64,000 bases of DNA, taken from the NCBI RefSeq assembly GCF_009914755.1, contig NC_060944.1; one strand, 5' to 3'. Positions 32,781-46,289 of the stretch are shown here, piece after piece. Position 1 is the stretch's first letter. Every line of letters starts with the position of its first letter. The stretch comes from the human T2T-CHM13v2.0 reference genome, Homo sapiens. The notes beneath the pieces were generated by a model. It was not told where the DNA came from, ran no database searches, and saw nothing but the letters and a program-made list of their open reading frames with translations. The position numbers were made by a program, and so were the translations under genes.

Positions 32781-35274
32781 GAATCATAGAGCATCATAGA
32801 ACATAACGCCTTAGGGCTGCTACTCTAGTCCCAAACTCTCATGTTATGGTTGAGGAACCTGAGCCCAGAAAAACGGAGACTTTCAGTTACTTGCCCAAAG
32901 AGTTAGAGTTACTTGACCAGTCGAGCTGGGAGTAGATGCCAGGGCTTCTAGTTTCAGTGACCACTGACAACAACTGACTACTTCCAGTAATGGGGGACAG
33001 CCACTTCCCTGGACCTGAGTAAAAATCTAACCAGGTACAGACCTGGCCACGAATAAGGACCTAAAACATACATGCACCCCTGTTGGGCCTAGTCCTGCCA
33101 CAAAAGGCCCATTCTCTGTTTAGAGCAGTGACATTTTCCTTGGTAGCAGTACTCAGTCCCAGCTCATAGCCATGTTCTCATGAATGATATAAACAGCAGG
33201 CTTCCCTTTTAATTTATTGATAAATAATAAAGTCTCTGTAAAATCTTGGCGTCTTCTCATGACAGTAATGGTGCATGTACTGATGGGAAAGTCCCCAGCA
33301 CCAAGAATAATGCATTCTATTCCCCTCTCCTCAGTTATCACTTTGACATTTCTCACAAATGTACCTTCCGCTCCTCTAATAATGTCTATAGAGCTATTTG
33401 GCTGTCAGCAGCAAAGCCCCCTTGGGTAATCTCAAAACTCTGAAGAAAAGAAGACTTGGTTCCCCCATGATCATCAAAATCTATTTGATCTAAGTCTGGA
33501 CGCTTTGCCAACAACACATCTATTTATGTATAAGAAAAGAAACCTCACAACAAATATCTACAGACTGATAAAGTGTTTTTCCACTCACAAGGGGCTAAAT
33601 TAAGGGTGCTGGCTCTGGAATGAAGCCAAAGTCATTTGGAGGAAAGGCCATTTTCTCTCCCCCACTCCTTGGCACTGCCGTGTGTCTCTTCTTTCTTCTT
33701 ATGAGGCATATTTAATTGATAGGAACACCAATTCATCAAATATAACTTACAGTTGTGTAGAAGATGAGATGTGTGTAGTTGTTTTACAAAATATCTAATT
33801 TCCTGTTTGGCTTTTTCTTAATCTAGTAAAAGAATCAGTTTGCATTCTGTGAGCATCCACACATCAGCTAGCAGAAGAAGCCTCCAAAAAGCCTGCTGAG
33901 AGACAGGAACAAGTTTTTCTTGACTCAAAGCCAGCTTTATTCATTCCATGAAGCTGCTCACTCTGCTTTCACGGTGACTTTAATACAGGGTTCCTCTTTG
34001 CCAAATAGTATTTTGAATATCACATTTTATTCCAAAGACTAAGTTCAAGCTCTCTCTCTCTCCCAATACTGATACAGAAAAACAAACTTGAGTCTAACAG
34101 ATTTTTCTAATTATTCTCTCCTCTTGCTTCCCCTAGCTCTGACACCCTTGCCAACACATTCTTTTTTTGGCAGGTAAGAACTAACCAAACGGTATGTATC
34201 TCAAGTTATGGGACACTGAATCCAACGCTCCTGAAATCTGAAGTCACATTTGTTTCTGAAAACATAAACAACAAGCTTCCTTCCTTATCTTGTACTCTTC
34301 AGTTACTCAAGATACTTGAGAAGGGGTTCAAGGAGGATTCTGTGTCTCACGTTTACCTCTGCTGATAAGAGGTGCTCTTGGGACCAAGTAATGCTGTCTC
34401 TGCTTAACTGACTCTTAATTTGGAGAAAGAAAACCACAGAAACTCAGAGAGGATGTGCTAGAAATTGGGAGACATGCCCAGTCTCAACAAGTAAAGTGAT
34501 TTCTATGAGAGGAGTTTACGAATACGTGGGAGCAGAATCTGGATTTGAAAGTGACATGTTTACAGGGAGATGAGATGCTCATGCCTGCTTAAATACTTCT
34601 GTGTGGTTATTAATAATCCCCAAACATAACTAACTCACAAGGCATATGTTTCTGTTACAGTGAAATCAACTCACCGTATCATCAGGCAGGATAACATGCA
34701 AAGATTATCCGGAGCCACCCGGCATTGTCAGTAAGCGGCCAACTTTAGATATGGGTGAGCAATGGTGCTGCTTCAGTTCCTAGTGCCAGCACCCAGGAAT
34801 CTGGCACTGAGGAAAGGAAATAAATTAGATCACAGCCCAGGTGGAATAGTTGTTCTGCTGGGCAGCCGGATGGGTCCCAGAAGAAAGCATGTGCCATAAT
34901 TCTGCTGAGTCCTAGCAGAGACAGGCTATGTTGCAGTAAATGCTTCCAATACGACAAATCTGTGATTCAGGAATGGGGGAAGACAGGATTTTAAAATGTT
35001 CCTGTGTATCTGTAGCATTTTAAGCAAGTCATTCCACTTGCCCTTGCACTGGCTTCGCAAACTGCTCACTCGTCCTCCCATGCATAATCCTGCTTTTGGC
35101 TCCATTTCTTTTTCTTCAGAAAATCAGCTTAAAAGTAAGGAAGTTATCTGGGAAGAGTGGCATAGTCACCCATCACCACTTTAAGCCAACAGTGACATGC
35201 CAGAGGTAATTGAAGCTGGACAGGAGGACCTAGGTGCTAATGATGACCCTTGACAATGAGGCACCCTGGGACCC

Positions 35275-35440
35275 TGCCACACAAAGTGTTATTTATTGGC
35301 AGCACCGTCACCATCCCTCACAGTTTACTAGAAATGCAGGATGTCAGGGGCACCCCAAACCTGTTGGATCAAAATCTTCATTTTAACAGGTTGCGCAGGG
35401 GATTTGTGTGTATATTCAAGTTGAAGAAGCAGTGTTCTAA
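35275..35440. mobile_element. MER5-type hAT-Charlie element
   Basis: tagaaatgcag...atcaaaatcttcattttaacagg...aagttgaagaagcagtg. Confidence 0.7.
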
Positions 35441-35579
35441 GTTACACGGGATCATTAGAATCCAGGAAAACAACTTCAGAAATATGATATTGGAAGTTGC
35501 AGAAAACAAACTTTTTCTACTTGATCTTTTCTCCTTAGGGGACATATATCTGCTTATTTCTATTATTTCTCTAAATGAC

Positions 35580-36140
35580 TATATCTGCCAGAAATCTTTC
35601 AGATGTAAAGAACAAAAATAAATGAAAGAATGAAGAGAAAAAGAATAACAGATAAAAATTAAACAGGTCAAAGGAAAACTAGGAATACACTGGGCTATAC
35701 GACAAAATGGTCATGGGCACGTAACTTCAGGCATGATTGAAACCAAACCTGTCATTTGGAATTTGGTCTTTGGCTCTTGGCTCTTTTCTTAACATAAGCA
35801 TCTTATAAAAGCAAACTCTCTCAACAGGTACCCCTTAACGTGGCCAATAGCTTTACTACAATAGCAAAGGAACAAACTTCTTTTCCAATAATTTAAGCAA
35901 AAACATCTGAGGTTCACTTTAATAAGCCCGATTAAGCCAAGTATTCATCCCTGGAGCAATCACTATGTATCTGATTGGGCAGGTCGGGTCACATGTACAT
36001 CTCTTCGTCAATGGGATAAGGTCAGTGTCCAATTACCTGTGATTTTTTTAAAAAAATATAATTTCCAGAGGAAAAGGCAGATGCTCTTACTTGAAAGAGA
36101 GGGAATGGGGGTTAGGCAGGCCAGAACAGCAGATGACTAG
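35580..36140 (-). mobile_element. Old MaLR LTR (MLT1-type)
   Basis: caatcact...ctgattgggcaggtcgggtcacatg motifs. Confidence 0.55.
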
Positions 36141-36870
36141 TACTTTGTTGTCTTTGATGTTTATATTTCTAGCAGAATTTGTTGCAATCCCACTTTGTGA
36201 TTGGGTTGCTCCAAGATGAATAGTGCCAGTCCTCACAAGAGAGAGACACTAGACCTCTAATTATTGTGCAAGGCCAAGTGAATGCACAAGCTGCCTGCTA
36301 TGGATTCCAGAACAGGGAGCCCAAAGGAAAGCAAGGGCTAAGATTTGGAGACATGTGACCAAATCTTAGAGTTTGGGATGTAAACCAATAATGAATTGAA
36401 GCTAGCTTGCAAAGGGCATCTGTGAGTGTGAACTTGCTAATGAGGGGGATGACATCCAGGGAGAGTTTTAAGAAGTTAAGTTTGACAGCAAATGTGGGAG
36501 AATTACAATGGTGGATGAGGAATAAATCTTATATTTTAATCACCCTTCAGGTGAAAAAATTAAGATTCTTCACCTAAGTACTTGCATCTAAACTGACTTC
36601 AGCTGGCCATAAGAGTCCCTAAACAATAAGAGAATAGTTATTGGTTAAAGACAGTTCTCTATTGAGAAAGAGTTATGAGAACTGGTTAAAAGTCAATACT
36701 CAATACCTGTTCATTGATTAAATAAATTTTATAACAAATTTTGAAACAATCCTGCTTTAACAACTGGACATTCAGTTGATGTAGATTATATTTAAGTAGA
36801 GGGCTGCCCTTTTTCATGGAACATAATGCAATAACATTCTTTGGTCTCAATAAAAATAGTAAAGACTACA

Positions 36871-36992
36871 GAAGGAAAAAAAGAAGGAAGGAAAAAAGGA
36901 AGATAGAGGAAAAAAGAAGAAAGGAAGGGAGGGAGGGAGGGAGGAAGGAAAAAAGAGCAAGCGGGTTGGGAAGAAATGGAAAGAAAAAAAGG
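36871..36992 (+). repeat. GA-rich (GGAA/GGGA) simple repeat
   Basis: Seen directly. Confidence 0.85.
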
Positions 36993-37994
36993 AGAGACAG
37001 GGACAAAGCTGTGCAAAAAAGTTATTTAAAAAGTCTGATAGGGTTCACAGCATTTTCTGTGAATCGATTTCCCATCAGAGCTCTTTAGACAGTCCTTAAA
37101 CTTGTGAAGTCAGATGTCACTCTAAGTTCAGGCCTCCTCTGCATTTGAGCTTCACACTTACAGTTCTGACAGCCATCTGCAGTGTGTTCAGAACATTTTC
37201 TGAAGGTGACACTGGGAAAAGGACAGTTTCCTAACAGGACATGAGATTATGTGCTGTGGATCCTGATGGGAGGCCTGTCCTTCTGCTGAGAAAGGCCTTT
37301 AGTGTGTTGACATGTCTTTGAGCTTTCATGGGCACTGGGCTGGTCTCTATCTTCCTGAGGGAACCACTGACCACTCCCAGGAGTGAAGGCTGTCAGCCTC
37401 CCACTGAGCAGTACTCCAGGCAGCACTGGGCCTCTCAAGTCTTCAGTTTTCAGGAAGCTAGAAATAAATACTGCAAAACAAAGGAGCCCGAGATTGATAG
37501 GCCTATTTATTCTGGGGGGGGTGGGGGATTTCCAAGCTGGACTACCTCATCCTTCCCAGTGATGAACAACCACATCCTCAGAGAAACCCCTTTCTTTTCA
37601 TCACACATGGTATATTCCTAGTACATTCTGCAATCAGTGCTGCTCTTCACCATCTGTCCATGGCTATTGATGTGTGTATGTGTGTGTTGGTCAGATGCCC
37701 TGATTTCGTTCTTGAATCTTTGGCTTTGACCTTTCATTTCCACTCAGGAGGAATGGGTCTGAGTTTTCACAGACAGGACATGATCAATAAATGAAAACTA
37801 TTCACTTGGCCCCAAAAATCTGACTTTCTGGAAAGTTACTAAAATACGTGCAACAATCTGAAGATTCATTCTAAAATACTTCCCAATACATATTTTACAG
37901 TGTACACTTTTACTTGTTTTTATGTATAAATTTTTTCACCATCATTCTTGACAGATTAATATTTTTATTTATCGTGCCACCACAGACTAGTCGT

Positions 37995-38370
37995 CTGTGT
38001 CTGTGTGTGTGTTTGTAGTTTGTGTATATGTGGATCATATGTTTATGTGCATGAATGGTGTGTGTGTGTCTGTGTGTGTGTGTGTGTGTGTATATGCTGT
38101 GTTTGGGGCAGGATGGGATGTGTGTAATTTTGGTGTGCCTGTTTAAGGTTGTGTGTATATATGTAGTATGTATGTGTTTGTGTGTATTAATATATGTGTA
38201 GTATATATGTGTGTGATACATGTATGTGTTTGTGTTTGTAGGACTATGGAATGTGTGTATATATAGAGTGTGGGAGAGTTTACACATATGGTGTGTGTGT
38301 GTCCACTGTGTGTGTGTACTGTGTTTGAGGAGTATGCGGTATATATATCAGAATTTTGTGTATATGCATT
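37995..38370. repeat. Degenerate (TG)/(TATG)n low-complexity tract
   Basis: Seen directly. Confidence 0.9.
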
Positions 38371-39331
38371 TGTGACTTCCTTAATCATGTTTTGATCTAA
38401 TAAAGAGACATCTTAAGAATATAAGAGGACATTGCTCTATTTCATATTTTAAAAATCTGTGTTTGAAGTAGGTTTTGAATATTTGTTTTCATACACAAAG
38501 TAATTATTCTGGTGCATAGCCAAAGGCAGCCATCTTGAACTTTTGGGAAAATGTCCAAAATAATACTTCCTAAAAGCTATTTAAAATTGGAATGGACATG
38601 CCATTTTTAGCTGTCCAAAGGGATGATAGAAAATAGTTGATGGTGTGTTATTTTAGAGGGAGAAAAACTATTAAAATGTTTCTGACGGTAGCAACAATAA
38701 AATACTAATGAGCCAGAGGAACAGATGGAAATTGAAAAGCATGTGCAATGTCAAAACCCAAAATACAGTGATTTGTTAAATTACAGGGCTTCTTCCCCCG
38801 GGAGAGGAGCTGCAGTTTGCTGATAAGTCAACGACAACCAGGATTATTACTGTAACACAGCAACGCCATTTTCCGCCTGAAACCTGCAAGAACTAATTAA
38901 TTATATAGCTTTGGTTACTAGGTTAGAACCAAGCTTTTCTGTCTGGTTTCCAAAGACTGAACTTTATAAATTGTCAGAAGAACAGCATTCTCCTAATTTT
39001 CTGCTAACTATCGTAGATAGTTACAAAGACTACTATCAATTGCTAGGAGGGAAATATCCCATGATAGATTCTGTTTGCTCTTTTGACCATTTGGAAAGAC
39101 TCTTTTTTCCCACAGCTTTTTACATACTGAAGATACCCAGACGTCTTTAGTGAGCAGAAATTTATAGTGCTGAATTGCAACTCTAAATATAATGTGAGCA
39201 TCAGGAGGTGAGTGGCTACTAAGAAGGGTTTTCTAATAATGCCAGCTGGGCTTACTAGGCTTACTTGGGTAATGGAAAGAATATTGCTCTCTCTACTCAA
39301 AACAAAAGACCCCAATCTACTCCTTAATAAA

Positions 39332-39678
<347 letters not shown>

Positions 39679-41019
39679 CTATCCATTATAAAAGAGAAGA
39701 ATCTCCATTGTTTTGTTTTTTACCCCAGAAGTAGTTGGGAATCAGAAACCAAACTGAATCCTGTAGATGCAATGAAAGCTTAGGAGAAGCAGACACTGGC
39801 TTGGAGCCTCCTGTGGTTCCTGGAGTCTTTCCTCTCTCCCTATACATTTCCTTTCTACTCAAGACTTGTTTTCTTAGTGCCAGAGAAACAAACCCCCTTC
39901 ATTGCCCATGGGAGAGTGAACTCCCAGAGCCACACTGAAGAGAAGCTTGCTAAGATTCCCTAAAATTGTAACTGTGTACATTTATGGCCCAGCAAGTGTA
40001 CTTCTCGAAATCTTACCCAGAGAAACACACATCTATCACACCAGGGGGCTTGTACTAGGGTAGCCAATACAGTATTGTTAGTAATAGATATGTGTTTACC
40101 AAGAGTGGAAGGGCTGAATAATGTAAGAGTATATTTAGGCCATTAAATTATTTGGGAAACTTTATATAAGATAGATTTATTTTAGTAACACCAGAAAACT
40201 TCTAAAATATAGTGTTGAGTTGAATGAATGCAAGTAATGGAATATATGAATATAATATAGCATGTTTTAAAAGGAAATCTGCACATATATACAAAACAAT
40301 ATCATACTTTTACAAATGTAAAGATAAATACACATAAAATGGTCTGGAATTAGTTCTATTGAATAATAAAAATAATTATTCTCTATGATGGAACTGGGTG
40401 TGGAGATGGTGGTCAAGTTGGATTTAGACTTATCTCACTAGGTATGAAATCCTGGAAAAGCTACTTACTCTGACTTGGATTCTTTATCTGTAAGATGATA
40501 ATTGTTTTTAAAATGCCTACGTAATAGAGTTGCCATGAGGATTAACTGAGTTAATAATAACAATACATACGGAACACTTACTTAGAGTTCAGAAATGCTC
40601 TAAGAGCTTTACCTGTATTACCTTGTTTAGTATAAAGCAGGTAGAATTATTATGTACATTTTACAGGTCAAGACACTAAGGGACAGTGAAGTTAAAGTAA
40701 CTTCCCAAAAGCCTCATAACTCCTAAGTTATGAGAAACCTTCCTAAAGCCAGAGGGTCTCAGACAATGAAAGTCTTCAAAATGAAGCAGTTAAATAAAGA
40801 ATGAAAGGTCTTGAAGCCTAAAGGTATTTCCTGAAGTCCATGAGCCTTCTTTCATTGGAGGAAAATAAGTTTGGATCTATTTCCCAGCTGAAGAAAGACT
40901 AAGAAACCCGATCTATAATAGCATATTGCTCTAGCAACTAATTAAACAGAAGACAGACAGTCTTCCACTCAATCAGGTCCAAAATTTTGGGGTGAGTTTG
41001 ATCTCTCCTTTTCCTGTAT

Positions 41020-41478
41020 CCACTGGGACAGATTCAACAATTGATTTCAATGCGTCACCCCTCTGTGGCCTCATGTTGGGCTGAGTGCGCCTCCTCACCT
41101 TTTAACTTTGGGCTTATTCATGTGAATTACTTTGTTCAATAGGATGTGAATAGTCTTAATGTGAACAAAGGCTTAAAATGTGCTTGTGAAGTTTGGTTTG
41201 TCCTTTTGCACTTGTGCGCTGTTATGAAAAAAAATATAGTCTGGATATCCACTGTTCCTCCAGCCTAGGCTTGGAATGAGACAGGTAGAACAAACATGAA
41301 CTTAACCGATAGCCTAGAGACAAATCCTGCTGAATCCAACCAGGATCAGCCAAACTCTAACTAACTGAAAGTCTCATGAGTGAAAAAAAGTGTGGCTATA
41401 CGCTACTGAATTTCTGATCATTTATTGTTTTCATTATTGTTGTTACACAGCATTATTATAGCTTTGCTGACAGATATG
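41020..41478 (+). mobile_element. MaLR LTR (MLT1H/I-like) within L2 remnants
   Basis: actttgggcttattcatgtgaattactttgttcaatagga...ttgttacacagcatta. Confidence 0.65.
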
Positions 41479-42961
41479 CTCGACAAATATAATGCCTTCT
41501 TTTTTCAGTGACTCTGAAAGCTGTCTCTCCCCTTGCCCTGGAATAGATGCTTTAATTCTGCAAGTAGACAGTTTGAGAAGATAGCCTTCAACTGCTTTTC
41601 TTGCTTATATTATCCATCTGTTCCAATCACAGATCAGTGTTGATGATTGACTAATCTTTCTAGAGCCTAGTTTTGCTACTGTCATTTCTCTATTCCAAAA
41701 TCTTCACTGACTGCCTAGTATGAGATACTGTCCCCACACTGCTCTAGCCCTTGCCAGTACCTGCTTTCTTATGCTTCTATACATTTTCACATGCAGTTTC
41801 CCCTGCCTAGAATGTTCTTCCATCAGCCCACCATTTCCATGTCTCTTATTCACATGGCTAGATTTTACTAATGATTGAAAGACTTCCTCTAATTTCTTTG
41901 AGTCTGCCCCTTCTTGAGGCACTCCTGTTCAGCATAAACCTTACCCCTTCCCCAAGTATATATGCACACATGCAGCAATCACACCTGGGTCTCTTGAAAT
42001 AGAATATTCTTTTTTAAGCTCTTACAAGCTCACCATCCTATATAACTATATATATAGTTATCCTATATAACTATCCTAATTGTTTGCCCCCAGTGAAGGC
42101 CACAGGTCCATGGGCCTGTAAGTACTTGTCAGACAACACTTGGTTAAACTACGGAAACAAATTAATCCCTGAATTTCTGAATCTGTTCTATGATACAAAT
42201 CTCCCATTGCACATTTCAGGTTTAGAGTATTTTCAGTGCACAATACGGGTTCATTTCACACTCATGTTATAAAATGAGTCAGTTGGAGTTCTACTCCATG
42301 TGATCACTCCAGGACCCAGGATAGAGGAGACCTTCATCTCACCACTTGTTCCCACAATTTCACTGTGGGTAACCAATGGAGCTGGGATTTGAACAAGGCA
42401 AATGACTCCCAAATCTGTTCTTTTACCCACTACTTTATATGCCTCTCTAATCAAACACATTCCCATGAGGATACAGAGAAGGAATTCTCATGTAATCAAC
42501 AATTTGCAAAGCATTTTAAATTTATTTTTTAACTCTTACTGTGGTACTAGGAAAGAAGTATTATTATTATATACATTTGGCTATAAGGAAATAAAATTTC
42601 TTAAGGTTAAGTAGTTTGCCAATGGTCACATAACTAAAAATATGCCAGAAACAGAATTCAGAACCATAGCTAAATACATGCCAGAATCAGAATTCAGAAC
42701 CAAGATTGTTTGACAGGTTTCCAAGATATTACCTAGAATATAGCACTCAAGGATGAGAACAAAAATTTATTCTAAAAGCCAAGGGAGATAAGGGAATGCC
42801 AACTTGGAGATAATCAATAAGGGAAGCCACTCACACACACACACACAAAAAACACCCCACTATTTCAAGAATTTTCCCTTCAAAAGAATTAAAAATACTA
42901 ATAAAAATGTTATTCTAATTACCCATATCTGATGAACTATGCATCAAGTAGCAATAATATA

Positions 42962-44002
42962 TGCTTGATCCTCATTATTTGTGGATTTGGTATGTGCTAA
43001 TACATCTACTCACTAAGACTCATTAGTAAGCCCCAAATCAATGTCCATGAAGCTTTCACAGTCATTCATGGACATGAAAAGAGTGATGAAAAATTTGAGT
43101 TACCAGACATGCATGTTTCCAACTCCAGCCAAATAAGGTAACTTCATGCTTTCTTATCTCAGCTCTAATACTGCAAACAAGAGTTTCTTTGGCAATCTAC
43201 TTAATGCCATGTTTTTCACGCCGTTGTGCTTTTAGTTGCTGATGATGCTGTTTAAAAGGACCCCAAGCATAGTGCTGAAGTGCTGTCTAACTGCAAGAAG
43301 TGTTTCTACATGCAAGAAGACTGAATGTGCCTTATGGAAAACATACATGTACTAGATAAGTTTAGTTCAGGCATGATGTATAGTGCTATTGACTGTGTTC
43401 AATGTTAATAAATCAACAATATCATACATTTAAGAAAAAACAAGAAACTTGCTGCTTCAGCAAATGCTAAAGTAACATCTGCAGTGTATGACAAAGTTAT
43501 GGAAAAGATGAAAAAGCAGCTAATTTGTGAATTTAGAAGATTACATGTGATAAAAATGCATAATGGACAGTATTGTCATGAGGCTAGAAACCAAAGAAAT
43601 TTATGGTCATGTTACTCCGGGCCAGGAAAATTTCAAATTCTTCTCAGCTATTGCTGGCTGGCTTACATGCTTCAAAAAGTAGTATTGCATGAAAAATTTT
43701 AAATATGCAGTTTCTGCAGGTCAAGAGGCTGCAAAAAAATTTGTTTAAATAGTTACTAAGTGCTATGTGGAAGAGTAGATTTTCAATGATGATAAGTCTG
43801 TCTTGTCTTAGAAGGATGTTATCAAATGAATCTATATAACATAAAAGACCAATCAATGTTTGATTGATGAAAGCATTGTGATCAGAGGCTCTGGGGAACT
43901 TAACCCTGCATTTCCTCTAGGAGCAATAGTTCAATATTAGCTAATTCAGTGTCCATGGTAACTTTGTAGAACATAACTATTGTGAATAATGAAAACCAAC
44001 TC
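42962..44002 (+). mobile_element. Tigger/pogo DNA transposon with MER82-type ends and an N-terminal transposase remnant
   Basis: Inverted termini ctcattatttgtg / gtgaataatga; translation ...FFSAIAGWLTCFKK resembles the CENP-B/Tc5 HTH motif FxASxGWLxxFK. Confidence 0.75.
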
Positions 44003-44307
44003 TGCGTGTGTGTGTGTGTGTGTATGTGTGTGATGTATTAGATTGTTGCGCAGCACTTTAAACAGTATTAAGAGTTTCCTGGAGATGGGAAATCTGTATG
44101 GAGGTAAGGTCGAAATTATATTTCCTTTTATTGCTCTTCAATTTTTAATTCATATTCTAAGGTGATTTCTAAATTTTAAAAAAGAGTTCTTAGATTCTTA
44201 GAAGAGAATAGCAATAAAAATACAGGTGTGTATGTGTATATACACATATTATGTTATATAGATTCATTTGATAACATCCTTCTAAGACAAGACAGACTTA
44301 TCATCAT
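43786..44307. repeat. Perfect 59-bp inverted duplication: 43786-43844 and 44249-44307
   Basis: Checked base by base: 59/59 reverse-complement identity. Confidence 0.95.
44006..44032. repeat. (TG)n microsatellite
   Basis: Seen directly. Confidence 0.9.
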
Positions 44308-45034
44308 ATGTGCACACAAATATATTGCTTGTGTGTGTCTAGTATTAACTGAAATTTTTTTCTAGTTTCTGCATGTAGGAATTTAATACTTCCAGGTTAA
44401 ACTCTCTCATTGCATATGTTAACCATGCGGTATTTTCACAAAGTTCTCTTTTTTTTTTTAATCTTTTAATCTTATGTCATTTCCAAATAAATTTTTTAAA
44501 TTAGCTAACAAGGAAATTGTGGCCAATAGTATTTTTAAAATTACTTTAGACATTTTGGGGGGTTTTGGAGTGTTTGTTTTTAAGACCTTAGCTGTTTTTA
44601 AATGAAAATGAAAGTGATTTGGCACTGACTGTATTCCTCTAAGAATTATTGTGATTGGAATAGATGCACTTAAGTCTCAGTGGGTGGCTAAATATTTGTT
44701 ATTTTTTGAATAAGTTAGACTTTTCCATCTTTTGCAAAAATATCCCATAGGGTTCTTTATCAAAGGGACCATTTGCAGCCTTATTTTTTTCTTTTTTTGC
44801 AGTGTGTGTTATTAACACAAAATCTGATAAATAAGTAGGCTTCCTCTTATTCACATGGATCCTATTCTCTTCTATGAATCTAATAATTTTTTTAAATAAA
44901 AAATCACCTTAGAATATAAATTGAAAATTGAAGAGCAATAAAAAAGAAATATAATTTCTGCTTTATCTCCATACAGACTTCCCATCTCCAGGAAACTCTT
45001 AACTGCAGTTTAAAAGTCTGTGCAACAATCTAAT
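44037..45034. repeat. Long inverted repeat: arms 44037-44211 and 44862-45034, ~650-bp spacer
   Basis: Arms align in reverse complement at roughly 85% by eye, including a perfect 24-mer ttaagagtttcctggagatgggaa. Confidence 0.93.
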
Positions 45035-45874
45035 TGTTCTACTTGATTGCAAATCATAGGATATGCAAACATAAAATGAACCTATCCCAGTAAATGTATT
45101 ATCAAAATATTTTAAATATGCTTGCACAGAGGTGATGGAGATGTTATGTACCTGGATAGAAAGAAAACAAGGAAAGAAAGGCTTTCGGCAGAGACCTTGG
45201 ATACTCTAGATTGTAATAGGAATAAAACTGCCATGAGTCTGTAGATATCTGGCCATGCCTAATAAGGGGATGGTAGAGGAGGGGGGGTTGATGGACCTTC
45301 GGAAATGGGAGCAGAAATTTCATATGCATAAGTGAAAGCAACACATGTCCAGCTCTATGTATTGAGGCTGTAAGAACCAGGCTTCTAGGATCTAGATTCT
45401 AGGGGCAGGAGACCTGAGAGAAAACATGGAATATATTGACATAGCAGCCAGTTATTGCCTCACTTGTATTCCTGTCTTATCATGTCAGTCCTTGCCTTCC
45501 AAATGCCAGCAAGCATCTGCTTTTGTTTGCCTGAGAAATCCTCAGACCTCCAGAGCCCACTTTGCACACAAGTACACCAGGTCTGAATTCTTGGGGAATG
45601 AGCAACACTCTCCCAGCAGTCTTCAACAAATGAATGAGGCCTGCTCACCTCAAGAAAGTATTGAAGCAGACTGGTTGGGGACTGTGAATGAAGCAACTGC
45701 TTGGGGACTGTGGTGAGCTCCCTCGCTGAAGTAGCCAGCTACAACTAGCTACAGCCTGTTTGATTTCATTTGGCAGTGTGGCCTTTGATTTGTCCAATTC
45801 TCTTGTGGGAAATCTGATTTTTAAATATTTATAATTAATTTAAACTTCTTTTTTTAAAAACAAATCATATTTGT

Positions 45875-46260
45875 TTATTTGATTTTTTTGGAAATAGAGT
45901 CTCACTCTTTCTCCCAGTCTTGAATGCAGTGGTGCAATAACAGCTCACTATAGCCTCAACCTTCCAAACTCAAGGGATCCTCCCATCTCAGCCTCCCAAG
46001 TAGCCAGGACTGCAGGCATGCACCGCCATGCCTGGATATATATATTATATATATTATATATATATATATATTATATATATTATATATATATATTATATAT
46101 ATAATATATGTCATATATATGTCATATATATGACATATATATGAGTCAGGGGTCTCCCTATGTTGCCCAGGCTGGTCTTGAACTCCAAGGCATGAGCAAT
46201 CCTCCCTCCTCGGGCTCCCAAATGCTGAGATTATAGGCATGAGCCACTGTGCCCTGCCCA
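45875..46260 (-). mobile_element. AluJ with (TA)n expansion in the central linker (~46036-46142)
   Basis: Both Alu arms present, separated by ~105 bp of TA repeat. Confidence 0.88.
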
Positions 46261-46289
46261 AACTTCTAAAACATACAAAACACACTACA

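Noticed and set aside
37910-38388. His/Thr-rich ORFs (also near 1069-1441, 48154-48429, 51595-51823)
   Set aside because: Translations of (CA)n-type repeats.
38785-38884. Possible minus-strand exon in a CpG-containing unique stretch
   Set aside because: Acceptor is plausible but the donor is weak and there is no recognisable peptide.
42643-42702. 36-bp-period duplication tgccagaa(a/t)cagaattcagaacca
   Set aside because: Small local duplication in a MIR remnant with no sign of function.
44036-44056. Hsmar1/MADE1 terminal repeat at the end of the long inverted arm
   Set aside because: ttagattgttgc only loosely resembles TTAGGTTGGTGC, the arms are much longer than mariner TIRs, and the right end lacks a clean TA duplication.
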